A DNA stretch of 64,000 nt from Lepidodermella squamata (lineage: Eukaryota > Animalia > Gastrotricha). Shown here in pieces: positions 1-14,300 of the stretch. A program made the position numbers and the translations under genes. The stretch lies in assembly GCA_047495785.1 (NCBI GenBank), contig JBLDXI010000073.1:1-64000 (forward strand). Reading direction: 5' to 3'. A model generated the notes under the pieces. That model was not told where the DNA came from. It searched no databases and saw only the letters and a program-made list of their open reading frames with translations. Position 1 is the first letter of the stretch. The number at the start of each line of letters is the position of its first letter.

Positions 1-3000
1 ATTCGATATAGCCACGGCACTTGGTGAATTTTTTCGAGGTCGCGTCAAAGCACCTGATGTACTTTTTAGCTGCGTTGCAGTCCTGTTGATTCTGATTCAG
101 GTTTTTATTCGGGTCTGCAAAGTCATCTCCCTAAATTGAATATTGAAGTTTTATAATGAAGCTTCAATTTCAAAAAGCTTCAAATTCTCACCTTGACATC
201 AGCTTGGCTTGAAGTGCAGCCGATCTTTTTCGATGGGCAGTAGATCTCTCCTGTTGCCGTCAGGCAGCTCACAGCTTCCTGGAAATGAAATAGTTAACTT
301 CGTCGGAAAATCGTAAATTAAAGCCGTATTTACGTAGTTCGAGCATGCGTCGTATGTGGTGAAATCAGCCTATTATTGAAAGGAATAGCAAGGTACGGAT
401 TCCAAAGTTCAGATCGGTCTTACCTGCTGGTCTTCTGAATCTGCATCGCACCATTGAACCCCGCTGAGCTCGGGAATGTAGCCGTGGCACTTTGAGAACG
501 TAGTCTCGCCTTTTTTGAGGCAGCGAATGAACCCCTTCTTCTGAGCACATTGATTTTCATTATCAGCTGCGTTCGCTGCTTTCGAGAATAACAAGCCCTG
601 AAATGAGAATATAAAATAAAAAAAATCGAAAAATTCAAATTAACGATTCACATTCTCAGATCCTCGAAAAAAAAGAAATTCAAATTATTTTGAAAAAATT
701 TAAATTTTTTTGAAAAATAGTACAGAAAATTTCGGAAAATCGAAAAAATTCAAATGAAAGATTTTTTTTACCAAATTATCAAACAATTAAATTTAGACAT
801 TTTTTTTATTTTCTTTTCCTTTATCAGAATTTATTCTGATTTTTCTAGAGAACTCACAGTTACGACGACGCTCTGAGGCTCACCACAGCCATCTGTACTG
901 GGTTTGCAGTAGTAAGACTGGTCCGTTGCATCGGCCAAGTTGACGCAAGACCGATATCTCTGAGATGCGAAATTCAAACCAAGTTAAGCCACCTTACACT
1001 CATCTTAAAACTCACGAATTTCATACAGGACTCGAACGAAGTAGCTAAAGCAGCCTGGAATCATGATTCGATAGAAATTATATCATTTAGCGATTGCTTT
1101 CATTACCCCGCCTGGGATTTGCTCATCGTTCAATAAACAAGGGCTACTGAAAGCATTGGCCTGGATGAAAGTGCCGCGGCATTGCGTAACCGCCAGGGTG
1201 TCGCTGCGCTGGCACAGGATGTACCTAACCGCTAGCTTGCATGTTCGCATGGGTTCTGGGAACTGAGAGCCGTCAGCGCCAAAAACTGACCCAACCTAAC
1301 AATTGCGGTTGAAAATTACGAATCACGTAGTTGTGATACAGCTCAAACTCACTTGCTCATCAGAGCCACATGTAGCATCTGGGGAGCAGTAGACAAGCGA
1401 CGTTAGACGATCCCGACATCCGCGAGCAGTCTGGAGAATATATCGAAAACGATACATTTTGAGTAGGAATCAATTGAATCGATTTTACCAGGGAGGAACA
1501 TTCGGCTAAGCTGTCGTAAGGATCTGGCCCGGCGCCCGGTGAGCTCGGAGCCTAAAATGAGAGATGATTCATCACTAGTCTCAGGAAGTACAAATTCATT
1601 TGGGATTCGTCACTTACAAATGATTCGCCATCCAAGCAGCTTGATTTGCCATCGCCGTAGAAGGCACGACATGCCGTAAAGCCGGAAGCATCAAAGCAGC
1701 GGACCCACTTGGCGTCGTTTGAACACTGGATCAAGTTTGTTGAATAGTCGATAAACTTGACATATTGCTTTATCTGCAAAAGAAGAAAAGAAAACGACGA
1801 TTAACGCGTAAATATAAATTATAGATTCTAAATGACCCCTAGATCTAGCTGCATGCAACAAATGTAAAGTTACGAGGTGCTGAGATTGAAACATCACGAA
1901 GGCTGAAAAATAGACCCCTTTGGTTGAGATTCCCTATCGTCTCAACCTGATAGCCAAGAAGGACATTTAAAGCTGTTAGCAATTTGAAAATCGGTACACC
2001 CGATACACCCGATCCCCCCAAACTTTGCGCACTGAAACCGAAGATGGAGAATAGCGAATAGCAAATCAGAAAAGCTTTGGCGTCGAGGACTTATTGCAAA
2101 CTATCTTCGCAGTAGTCCTATAAGTTGAATAGAATGCATTTAAATCGACTCACCTCGACATCGTTGCCAATGCAGCCAGGTTTAGATGGGTTGCAGTAGT
2201 ATTGACCGTCTGATTTCGATAGCAGCCAGAGGCAGCCTGGTGACGAGAGATGTTAAAGAAACAGCCTAAAAGCTGGGAAAAAACCTAACAAAGCGTGTGC
2301 ATTCTTCATAGTTGTCGTAAAGAGCTCGTCCAGGCAGCTGAGAACAAGAAACAGAATAATTTGCACACTTTCAAATGATTGAGTGTAAACAACCTCGAAT
2401 GTTCCGTACGGGCAGCTGAAGCTTACAACAGACGGCACGTTAACTTGGCAGTCGAAATCAATGCCAGGCGCCTGAATGTTGCGGTAGCACCTTGAGTACT
2501 TGAAAAGACTTCGGCAGCTTGAATAGGCTGCGTCGAAAGTGTTCTCGTTCGTTATTGACCAGACCTGTTGGAGAAAGAAAGAGGCAATAGGGTCGATAGA
2601 AGAAAATTGGCCTTCGCAATTACCTCATCATGCCCGGCGTAACAGCCGAGGTCGTGAGCCACACAGTAGCCGACTTTACTCGTAGGGATGTAGCAACCCT
2701 TCGCCCACTACAAAAATAATTTTTTATTAGTGAAATGATTTACGAAGGAAAATCTTTCAAAATTTCAAAATTAAATTTTTTTCTAAAATCACCGATTAAA
2801 TTCAGTTTTCCGCTCCAAAATGGTGGTAGAAATCATTTTCGCAGCCAACATTTCGAAAACGTAATGTAATTTAAAATTAAAAATGCAAGTTTTCCTAATT
2901 AATTAATTATCATAAATATAAATTAATGTCCCCCGAGTTGAATTAACTTGAATTATTCTGAAAGTCCCATTTTTGATTTTCAAAATGTGTGCGGAATGTG

Positions 3001-3796
3001 TGCGCTTATTAAAAACTGAAATACTCACCTGAGAACAAAACCGTAGACTGTCATACAGAATGCCGTACTAGATTGAATATTTAATAAAGTTCATGCGTCA
3101 TGCGATTCGCAGTAAACTCGTATTTTCCTACCGCTTGCTCGCCATCTGGAATGAACATAGTGTTAGTATCCAAGTCAACGGGCCGGCACCCAGCAAAATC
3201 GCCAATGTTGTTCGTTTTGTAAACACGTGTCCATTTAACCCTATTAAAACACGCCTCTGCGGACGCTGGGTAGGTTTGAGATGATGCTGATCCAATCACT
3301 GCCAGCTAGTTGAAAAAAAATAAAAATTTTAGAAAAATATTGAAAAAATTGATAGACTTTTTTAACCTTGTTGTACCCCTCAGGGCAGGTGGTTCCATCA
3401 GCACATAGGTAGAATCCGGTCCGAGTGTCGACGCAAGAGCTAACAGCCTATAAAGCGATTTCATCTTCATGTTGGAGCCATTTAAAATCAAGATAATTTA
3501 CCCCGGTTTCGCAGAGGCTTTTCGAGGCAAATGTACCAGCCTGAAAAATTAAGATCAATATATAAACATTTTTCGCAGTAATAAAAAATAATTAATGAGC
3601 TATTTTCATTCATAAATATAATAAAAAAAAAAATTGAAAATAAAATTGTTACCGAATATTCGAGCACGCCGCATCGATCTTCGCGGCAGCCAACAAACTG
3701 TTCGGTTATAAAGATTTTGCATCGTTCGAAAACGGCTGCGTTGGCAGTGGTCGATATCAGCCCGATGAGCAAAATTATCGCGGCGATATCGCGCAT
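1..3796 (-). CDS. Mirror copy of the 5' part of the giant Cys-repeat gene; runs off the window edge; 1-bp frameshift at about 2214
   Basis: Reverse complement of 11350-15146. Reads TATCGAAATCAG where the right arm has the in-frame TAT CGA AAA TCA GAC. Confidence 0.8.
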
Positions 3797-4565
3797 TTCA
3801 AATCACTCGAAATTCGCTAAATTCAAAATAAATCTGGTGTGTGAAAGTTTATGGTAAAAATGTATGGTTTCAACGAAAATAAATTTAGTGACTGGATTTT
3901 ATTTCGTACAATCGCGTGGAATTTTCACTATATCGTAAAAAAATGAATGGCGTAGTGGTTTTTACGGCGTAAACAACTGCTACAAACACTGACACGTGAT
4001 TAGACAAACCCGGTTTGACCTAAAAAATAGCTGATTTTTGCGTCGTTTTCTTAAATAGTAAACAGTCAATAGGCTGCTAAATGAAATGAGGCTTTTTACC
4101 AAATTTGTTTGCGTCTACCTCCGCCTTTAACCAGCATAGCGCTTTTTGAGATTCCCAACGTATTAAAAATGGGAGGCTAGGACGAAGAAGATTTGTTGTA
4201 GACAAGAAAAGAAACCCAGTGATGGATAAAACGAATTATTGAATTTCAATAGCGGACCAGAATAATTACGAGCAAAAACTCAATCTCGAAAAAACTTGCA
4301 AAGGAAAATGTCTCATCTAATGGAAGAATATTGAAATTTACTCACAAATTGAGAGCAAAGCTAGAAAGTTAATCAGAAAGTCTGCTAGCAAAGCTGGTTC
4401 TCAATTGAAGCAGGAAAGAAGTTTTTGTTTGCCACGCAGAGATCGACGGTATAAGTTATCAGTGGCCAATGCGCCTCAGTGACCAGTGTTCGTTTCCCTG
4501 CAGCCCCAAGCCTTTTTATTTTGCCTCACACTTTTCTATTTCATGCATATTCAGATACACAAGCC

Positions 4566-4599
4566 TGTTGCGAATCAAATCACTCAAAGACACGGTCCG
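4566..4599 (+). promoter_or_regulatory. Candidate snRNA proximal sequence element (PSE) of the U2 gene
   Basis: TGTTGCGAATCAAATCACTCRAAGAMACGGTCCG at about -61 to -28 is conserved upstream of the diverged U2 copy at 33290. The position matches animal PSEs. Confidence 0.65.
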
Positions 4600-4626
4600 C
4601 GATTATCCGGCCTGAGCCCTTTCTTT

Positions 4627-4820
4627 ATCGCTTCTCGGCCTTTTTGGCTATGATCAAAGTGTAGTATCTGTTCTTTGTAGTTTAATATCTACAACGGCCT
4701 CCATGTGGGGCCTACGATATTAGCCCGATTTTTGGCCAGCCGGGCAGGTGCAACCAGCTTGCTGGACCCTGCCCACGAGTCGGCCCGGTATTGCAGTGTC
4801 TCTGGAATTCGGCTCACCCC
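4627..4820 (+). ncRNA. U2: U2 spliceosomal snRNA, copy 1
   Basis: Starts ATCGCTTCTCGGCCTTTTTGGCTATGATCAAAGTGTAGTATCTGTTC (branch-point recognition GTAGTA). Sm site ATTTTTG at 4728-4734; SL IV loop ATTGCAG. 3' end approximate. Confidence 0.96.
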
Positions 4821-5399
4821 CATTAGTGGGGGCATAAAAACAACAACAAGTCAACAAAATACATCGTTTCCCAGAGTTTTATCGCTTTATTTATTACTTT
4901 CAGCAGATTCATTTATTTGCCCTTTGCCCTTTCAATTCTTCGATGCAAAAACGAAAATATTGTAAGTATTTCAAACTATGTGCAACCAAACATTCAAATT
5001 AAGGGAAATCTTAATCTTAATAGCAACAGTGCCAATATAACTAAATACAACAAAATCCCAATTACAAGGAACACTACAAGACTATACAAGAAGCACTACA
5101 AAGAACATAAAACTGCCGACAAAGAGGTGCCGCCTGGGCTTGTTTTTAGATTTGGGAAGTTACGATATGAATTGAGGGGATTTAGATTTAGCTATTGGCA
5201 AACTTTGAAGGCTCGGAGCTAACGAGCTTCATTCTTCCAAGAAGTGACCAAATATTTTTCGACAATATCGTTACGGCAAGCGAGAAACGCGATCTATATT
5301 TAGCGAAATTTAATGAAGGTATCACGAACGAATGAAGGAAAAAACATTCAAGTCATGTCATGAATCGTAGAAGTCAGTCCAACTCAGCTAGATATTCAC

Positions 5400-7490
5400 T
5401 CAAGCAAGGACTTCGCACAGGACAGGGTAGACGAGGGCGCAATCCGACAGCTCGAGTTGCATTTGGTCGGTAAACGCCATGCCTAAAATTTCGACAGCAG
5501 TTAAAATCAATGTAAAACATGTATTCAAATTGCATTTCCCCGTTACCCGTTACATAATATATATAACTAGAAATAGGACAGCATTAGATTTCCTCGTAAA
5601 CTTTGATTATCACATCACAAGAAAAGAACCCTATTCCTGCCTTCAGCCCGAGCAGTTGGCGTAGCAACTGCTGACGGTAAAAGCGAATCACTGCATTGTG
5701 CGAAGAGTACTACGTCTAACTTGATGTTGCTTACATTGGCTGGGTGGATTTGAGGAACCGTAGATGTTTTCTCCATCGTCGTTGAAGTGGAACAGAGCAA
5801 TGGCGCTGCGTCGCCGTGCACCAACCAGAATGGCTCCACTTTCTGGGAACTTCGCTGCCAGATCAGCCATCGACTTCACATCTTCGACTAACGGCAGAAT
5901 TTTGCTACTGTTTCGACAAAGCAGATCGGCATTTAACCAATTAGATTGTTTATTCTCAAGAAGCGCGACTCTGCCCTGAAAGAAACGTCCAATTAAAAAT
6001 ATTGAAAGCACAAAATAGGGATCAGATTATTCCAAATTATTGCACACGAATGGACACTTCGAAAACTTTAATAGAGAGGCTCCTGGATGATCGATATTTT
6101 TTGTAAAATTATTCGTACAAACAATAACGGAAGCGAACACTTAATCTAAAAAATAGATATGAGACTCACGTTTTTCGGATTAGAACAGTAGACGAAATTC
6201 GCCAAGAATCCCTTGCAGTTAACATCTTCGTAGCCATAGTCTTTAGCCGATTTGATACGCAAAGCAATACCTGCGGATAACACAAATGTTTTGAAGAATC
6301 GAAAAAATTGGGTTCCAGGTTGAGAGGGACACAGTTCTAGTTTCTGAGCATTTTCTGGCTACTCCACAGGGCTTCTGTTGGTAATTAGTAGGGTGGGCTA
6401 AGTACCCATGAACCATAAATCATAGAAAAACTAACAAGCGCCTTCGTTGTTGGGCTCGTTAGCGTACCAGCCGGGTGTGAGGCCCCAGTCTAGCGGCGTA
6501 CCATCCGACCAAGTGAACGAAGCCGAGGCCGCCGTCCAGGCATATGGTGCTCTCCGCATTAGAAGTTTCAGAGTGGCCCGATCAACATCGAATTTTGGGT
6601 GGGCAAGTTTGCCGCCCTGTGCCCGGCACGCTCTTGCCCCAGCTACGTAATTCATTGAGCCATTGGTTGCGAGAAAGAACTTGGCTGGAGGAATCGAAAT
6701 TGAGAATATTCAAATGATTGAGCAAGCGAATAGATAACACTCACATATCGAGCAAGATTGGCCGACCCAATCCTCCGGGCAGACGCATTGGCCATCGTAG
6801 CAAGTTCCGCCGTTCTGGCACTTTGGTTCGCACACGCCTACCTCTAAAAATGAAAAATACCGAGTCATAGCTATGAATGCAGCTGAGAGGATATGTAATC
6901 CACCCTACGCTGTAATTTTGAAAAACTGTCACATTTAATCACTAAATAAAGATATGGTACCTTCGAATTTGTGCAATAAACCTGTTTTATCTCCACGCTC
7001 TAATACCACCCGACGAGAAATCGTTTTATCATTATGACATTGGTATGTGGTATGTGGTATGTGGAACTATAGAGACAATTGATCGCTCGTTAAAGTTACC
7101 AAGTTCGCAGTATGGCCCAGTGAAGCCGGGGCGGCATGTGCACCCGTCGTTAAGTTCGTTTACATCACCTCCGAAACAAAGGTGCTATGGAACAGAAGAA
7201 TTCGTTGAACCTCATTCGAGAGTTTCTGAAAACATATCCCTACGCGATCTTTAGGTGGAAGGTGAAGTGTTGCCCGGCAAAGCTCATAGTTCGACGAAAA
7301 GCCACGAGTCGTATTGAACAAGGCTACCTGAAAGAAATTAGTAGAAATTAAAAAATTAGTCAGAGCCATGGCGTAATTTCATCAATCTTGTCCAACTCAC
7401 CGGGTAGTAATCTGGCGGACAGACATCGTAGCAAGCGGGATCACTACTCACATTACCGAAAATACGTCGGCAATTAACGGCATATTGAAT
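5400..7490 (-). CDS. 5'-truncated gene: Cys module + 2 EGF + 2 C-type lectin domains (left-arm copy)
   Basis: Exact mirror of 7656-9746. Confidence 0.75.
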
Positions 7491-7655
7491 CTGCAACGCG
7501 CCAAAAACACAAAGAATTTCATTGTCAGTCATCAAATGCATAATATCAGACAACAAATCCACACAATTAAAGAAACAAGTTCGTTATGTTGATGCGAGTT
7601 CTCATGGGACGAACGCGAATTTGGCGGCCCCAAATTGGTATTTTGGCGATTGCAG

Positions 7656-9746
7656 ATTCAATATGCCGTTAATTGCCGACGTATTTTCGGTAATGTGAGT
7701 AGTGATCCCGCTTGCTACGATGTCTGTCCGCCAGATTACTACCCGGTGAGTTGGACAAGATTGATGAAATTACGCCATGGCTCTGACTAATTTTTTAATT
7801 TCTACTAATTTCTTTCAGGTAGCCTTGTTCAATACGACTCGTGGCTTTTCGTCGAACTATGAGCTTTGCCGGGCAACACTTCACCTTCCACCTAAAGATC
7901 GCGTAGGGATATGTTTTCAGAAACTCTCGAATGAGGTTCAACGAATTCTTCTGTTCCATAGCACCTTTGTTTCGGAGGTGATGTAAACGAACTTAACGAC
8001 GGGTGCACATGCCGCCCCGGCTTCACTGGGCCATACTGCGAACTTGGTAACTTTAACGAGCGATCAATTGTCTCTATAGTTCCACATACCACATACCACA
8101 TACCAATGTCATAATGATAAAACGATTTCTCGTCGGGTGGTATTAGAGCGTGGAGATAAAACAGGTTTATTGCACAAATTCGAAGGTACCATATCTTTAT
8201 TTAGTGATTAAATGTGACAGTTTTTCAAAATTACAGCGTAGGGTGGATTACATATCCTCTCAGCTGCATTCATAGCTATGACTCGGTATTTTTCATTTTT
8301 AGAGGTAGGCGTGTGCGAACCAAAGTGCCAGAACGGCGGAACTTGCTACGATGGCCAATGCGTCTGCCCGGAGGATTGGGTCGGCCAATCTTGCTCGATA
8401 TGTGAGTGTTATCTATTCGCTTGCTCAATCATTTGAATATTCTCAATTTCGATTCCTCCAGCCAAGTTCTTTCTCGCAACCAATGGCTCAATGAATTACG
8501 TAGCTGGGGCAAGAGCGTGCCGGGCACAGGGCGGCAAACTTGCCCACCCAAAATTCGATGTTGATCGGGCCACTCTGAAACTTCTAATGCGGAGAGCACC
8601 ATATGCCTGGACGGCGGCCTCGGCTTCGTTCACTTGGTCGGATGGTACGCCGCTAGACTGGGGCCTCACACCCGGCTGGTACGCTAACGAGCCCAACAAC
8701 GAAGGCGCTTGTTAGTTTTTCTATGATTTATGGTTCATGGGTACTTAGCCCACCCTACTAATTACCAACAGAAGCCCTGTGGAGTAGCCAGAAAATGCTC
8801 AGAAACTAGAACTGTGTCCCTCTCAACCTGGAACCCAATTTTTTCGATTCTTCAAAACATTTGTGTTATCCGCAGGTATTGCTTTGCGTATCAAATCGGC
8901 TAAAGACTATGGCTACGAAGATGTTAACTGCAAGGGATTCTTGGCGAATTTCGTCTACTGTTCTAATCCGAAAAACGTGAGTCTCATATCTATTTTTTAG
9001 ATTAAGTGTTCGCTTCCGTTATTGTTTGTACGAATAATTTTACAAAAAATATCGATCATCCAGGAGCCTCTCTATTAAAGTTTTCGAAGTGTCCATTCGT
9101 GTGCAATAATTTGGAATAATCTGATCCCTATTTTGTGCTTTCAATATTTTTAATTGGACGTTTCTTTCAGGGCAGAGTCGCGCTTCTTGAGAATAAACAA
9201 TCTAATTGGTTAAATGCCGATCTGCTTTGTCGAAACAGTAGCAAAATTCTGCCGTTAGTCGAAGATGTGAAGTCGATGGCTGATCTGGCAGCGAAGTTCC
9301 CAGAAAGTGGAGCCATTCTGGTTGGTGCACGGCGACGCAGCGCCATTGCTCTGTTCCACTTCAACGACGATGGAGAAAACATCTACGGTTCCTCAAATCC
9401 ACCCAGCCAATGTAAGCAACATCAAGTTAGACGTAGTACTCTTCGCACAATGCAGTGATTCGCTTTTACCGTCAGCAGTTGCTACGCCAACTGCTCGGGC
9501 TGAAGGCAGGAATAGGGTTCTTTTCTTGTGATGTGATAATCAAAGTTTACGAGGAAATCTAATGCTGTCCTATTTCTAGTTATATATATTATGTAACGGG
9601 TAACGGGGAAATGCAATTTGAATACATGTTTTACATTGATTTTAACTGCTGTCGAAATTTTAGGCATGGCGTTTACCGACCAAATGCAACTCGAGCTGTC
9701 GGATTGCGCCCTCGTCTACCCTGTCCTGTGCGAAGTCCTTGCTTGA
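7656..9746 (+). CDS. 5'-truncated multi-exon gene: Cys module + 2 EGF + 2 C-type lectin domains
   Basis: Spliced exons IQYAVNCRR..CYDVCPP; EGF GCTCRPGFTGPYCE; EGF CEPKCQNGGTCYDGQCVCPEDWVGQSC; CTL with WSDG..WYANEPNN..YEDVNC..YC; second CTL ending DCALVYPVLCEVLA* (TGA 9744-9746). No start or signal exon before the palindrome centre. Confidence 0.8.
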
Positions 9747-10325
9747 GTGAATATCTAGCTGAGTTGGACTGACTTCTACGATTCATGACATGACTTGAAT
9801 GTTTTTTCCTTCATTCGTTCGTGATACCTTCATTAAATTTCGCTAAATATAGATCGCGTTTCTCGCTTGCCGTAACGATATTGTCGAAAAATATTTGGTC
9901 ACTTCTTGGAAGAATGAAGCTCGTTAGCTCCGAGCCTTCAAAGTTTGCCAATAGCTAAATCTAAATCCCCTCAATTCATATCGTAACTTCCCAAATCTAA
10001 AAACAAGCCCAGGCGGCACCTCTTTGTCGGCAGTTTTATGTTCTTTGTAGTGCTTCTTGTATAGTCTTGTAGTGTTCCTTGTAATTGGGATTTTGTTGTA
10101 TTTAGTTATATTGGCACTGTTGCTATTAAGATTAAGATTTCCCTTAATTTGAATGTTTGGTTGCACATAGTTTGAAATACTTACAATATTTTCGTTTTTG
10201 CATCGAAGAATTGAAAGGGCAAAGGGCAAATAAATGAATCTGCTGAAAGTAATAAATAAAGCGATAAAACTCTGGGAAACGATGTATTTTGTTGACTTGT
10301 TGTTGTTTTTATGCCCCCACTAATG

Positions 10326-10519
10326 GGGGTGAGCCGAATTCCAGAGACACTGCAATACCGGGCCGACTCGTGGGCAGGGTCCAGCAAGCTGGTTGCACCT
10401 GCCCGGCTGGCCAAAAATCGGGCTAATATCGTAGGCCCCACATGGAGGCCGTTGTAGATATTAAACTACAAAGAACAGATACTACACTTTGATCATAGCC
10501 AAAAAGGCCGAGAAGCGAT
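10326..10519 (-). ncRNA. U2: U2 snRNA, copy 2 (mirror of copy 1)
   Basis: Reverse complement of 4627-4820. Confidence 0.95.
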
Positions 10520-11349
10520 AAAGAAAGGGCTCAGGCCGGATAATCGCGGACCGTGTCTTTGAGTGATTTGATTCGCAACAGGCTTGTGTATCTGAATATG
10601 CATGAAATAGAAAAGTGTGAGGCAAAATAAAAAGGCTTGGGGCTGCAGGGAAACGAACACTGGTCACTGAGGCGCATTGGCCACTGATAACTTATACCGT
10701 CGATCTCTGCGTGGCAAACAAAAACTTCTTTCCTGCTTCAATTGAGAACCAGCTTTGCTAGCAGACTTTCTGATTAACTTTCTAGCTTTGCTCTCAATTT
10801 GTGAGTAAATTTCAATATTCTTCCATTAGATGAGACATTTTCCTTTGCAAGTTTTTTCGAGATTGAGTTTTTGCTCGTAATTATTCTGGTCCGCTATTGA
10901 AATTCAATAATTCGTTTTATCCATCACTGGGTTTCTTTTCTTGTCTACAACAAATCTTCTTCGTCCTAGCCTCCCATTTTTAATACGTTGGGAATCTCAA
11001 AAAGCGCTATGCTGGTTAAAGGCGGAGGTAGACGCAAACAAATTTGGTAAAAAGCCTCATTTCATTTAGCAGCCTATTGACTGTTTACTATTTAAGAAAA
11101 CGACGCAAAAATCAGCTATTTTTTAGGTCAAACCGGGTTTGTCTAATCACGTGTCAGTGTTTGTAGCAGTTGTTTACGCCGTAAAAACCACTACGCCATT
11201 CATTTTTTTACGATATAGTGAAAATTCCACGCGATTGTACGAAATAAAATCCAGTCACTAAATTTATTTTCGTTGAAACCATACATTTTTACCATAAACT
11301 TTCACACACCAGATTTATTTTGAATTTAGCGAATTTCGAGTGATTTGAA

Positions 11350-14300
11350 ATGCGCGATATCGCCGCGATAATTTTGCTCATCGGGCTGATATCGACCACT
11401 GCCAACGCAGCCGTTTTCGAACGATGCAAAATCTTTATAACCGAACAGTTTGTTGGCTGCCGCGAAGATCGATGCGGCGTGCTCGAATATTCGGTAACAA
11501 TTTTATTTTCAATTTTTTTTTTTATTATATTTATGAATGAAAATAGCTCATTAATTATTTTTTATTACTGCGAAAAATGTTTATATATTGATCTTAATTT
11601 TTCAGGCTGGTACATTTGCCTCGAAAAGCCTCTGCGAAACCGGGGTAAATTATCTTGATTTTAAATGGCTCCAACATGAAGATGAAATCGCTTTATAGGC
11701 TGTTAGCTCTTGCGTCGACACTCGGACCGGATTCTACCTATGTGCTGATGGAACCACCTGCCCTGAGGGGTACAACAAGGTTAAAAAAGTCTATCAATTT
11801 TTTCAATATTTTTCTAAAATTTTTATTTTTTTTCAACTAGCTGGCAGTGATTGGATCAGCATCATCTCAAACCTACCCAGCGTCCGCAGAGGCGTGTTTT
11901 AATAGGGTTAAATGGACACGTGTTTACAAAACGAACAACATTGGCGATTTTGCTGGGTGCCGGCCCGTTGACTTGGATACTAACACTATGTTCATTCCAG
12001 ATGGCGAGCAAGCGGTAGGAAAATACGAGTTTACTGCGAATCGCATGACGCATGAACTTTATTAAATATTCAATCTAGTACGGCATTCTGTATGACAGTC
12101 TACGGTTTTGTTCTCAGGTGAGTATTTCAGTTTTTAATAAGCGCACACATTCCGCACACATTTTGAAAATCAAAAATGGGACTTTCAGAATAATTCAAGT
12201 TAATTCAACTCGGGGGACATTAATTTATATTTATGATAATTAATTAATTAGGAAAACTTGCATTTTTAATTTTAAATTACATTACGTTTTCGAAATGTTG
12301 GCTGCGAAAATGATTTCTACCACCATTTTGGAGCGGAAAACTGAATTTAATCGGTGATTTTAGAAAAAAATTTAATTTTGAAATTTTGAAAGATTTTCCT
12401 TCGTAAATCATTTCACTAATAAAAAATTATTTTTGTAGTGGGCGAAGGGTTGCTACATCCCTACGAGTAAAGTCGGCTACTGTGTGGCTCACGACCTCGG
12501 CTGTTACGCCGGGCATGATGAGGTAATTGCGAAGGCCAATTTTCTTCTATCGACCCTATTGCCTCTTTCTTTCTCCAACAGGTCTGGTCAATAACGAACG
12601 AGAACACTTTCGACGCAGCCTATTCAAGCTGCCGAAGTCTTTTCAAGTACTCAAGGTGCTACCGCAACATTCAGGCGCCTGGCATTGATTTCGACTGCCA
12701 AGTTAACGTGCCGTCTGTTGTAAGCTTCAGCTGCCCGTACGGAACATTCGAGGTTGTTTACACTCAATCATTTGAAAGTGTGCAAATTATTCTGTTTCTT
12801 GTTCTCAGCTGCCTGGACGAGCTCTTTACGACAACTATGAAGAATGCACACGCTTTGTTAGGTTTTTTCCCAGCTTTTAGGCTGTTTCTTTAACATCTCT
12901 CGTCACCAGGCTGCCTCTGGCTGCTATCGAAAATCAGACGGTCAATACTACTGCAACCCATCTAAACCTGGCTGCATTGGCAACGATGTCGAGGTGAGTC
13001 GATTTAAATGCATTCTATTCAACTTATAGGACTACTGCGAAGATAGTTTGCAATAAGTCCTCGACGCCAAAGCTTTTCTGATTTGCTATTCGCTATTCTC
13101 CATCTTCGGTTTCAGTGCGCAAAGTTTGGGGGGATCGGGTGTATCGGGTGTACCGATTTTCAAATTGCTAACAGCTTTAAATGTCCTTCTTGGCTATCAG
13201 GTTGAGACGATAGGGAATCTCAACCAAAGGGGTCTATTTTTCAGCCTTCGTGATGTTTCAATCTCAGCACCTCGTAACTTTACATTTGTTGCATGCAGCT
13301 AGATCTAGGGGTCATTTAGAATCTATAATTTATATTTACGCGTTAATCGTCGTTTTCTTTTCTTCTTTTGCAGATAAAGCAATATGTCAAGTTTATCGAC
13401 TATTCAACAAACTTGATCCAGTGTTCAAACGACGCCAAGTGGGTCCGCTGCTTTGATGCTTCCGGCTTTACGGCATGTCGTGCCTTCTACGGCGATGGCA
13501 AATCAAGCTGCTTGGATGGCGAATCATTTGTAAGTGACGAATCCCAAATGAATTTGTACTTCCTGAGACTAGTGATGAATCATCTCTCATTTTAGGCTCC
13601 GAGCTCACCGGGCGCCGGGCCAGATCCTTACGACAGCTTAGCCGAATGTTCCTCCCTGGTAAAATCGATTCAATTGATTCCTACTCAAAATGTATCGTTT
13701 TCGATATATTCTCCAGACTGCTCGCGGATGTCGGGATCGTCTAACGTCGCTTGTCTACTGCTCCCCAGATGCTACATGTGGCTCTGATGAGCAAGTGAGT
13801 TTGAGCTGTATCACAACTACGTGATTCGTAATTTTCAACCGCAATTGTTAGGTTGGGTCAGTTTTTGGCGCTGACGGCTCTCAGTTCCCAGAACCCATGC
13901 GAACATGCAAGCTAGCGGTTAGGTACATCCTGTGCCAGCGCAGCGACACCCTGGCGGTTACGCAATGCCGCGGCACTTTCATCCAGGCCAATGCTTTCAG
14001 TAGCCCTTGTTTATTGAACGATGAGCAAATCCCAGGCGGGGTAATGAAAGCAATCGCTAAATGATATAATTTCTATCGAATCATGATTCCAGGCTGCTTT
14101 AGCTACTTCGTTCGAGTCCTGTATGAAATTCGTGAGTTTTAAGATGAGTGTAAGGTGGCTTAACTTGGTTTGAATTTCGCATCTCAGAGATATCGGTCTT
14201 GCGTCAACTTGGCCGATGCAACGGACCAGTCTTACTACTGCAAACCCAGTACAGATGGCTGTGGTGAGCCTCAGAGCGTCGTCGTAACTGTGAGTTCTCT

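Noticed and set aside
4705-4965. Conserved ORF MGPTILARFLASRAG (also 10181-10441 and 32967-33212)
   Set aside because: Overlaps the U2 snRNA; conservation reflects the RNA.
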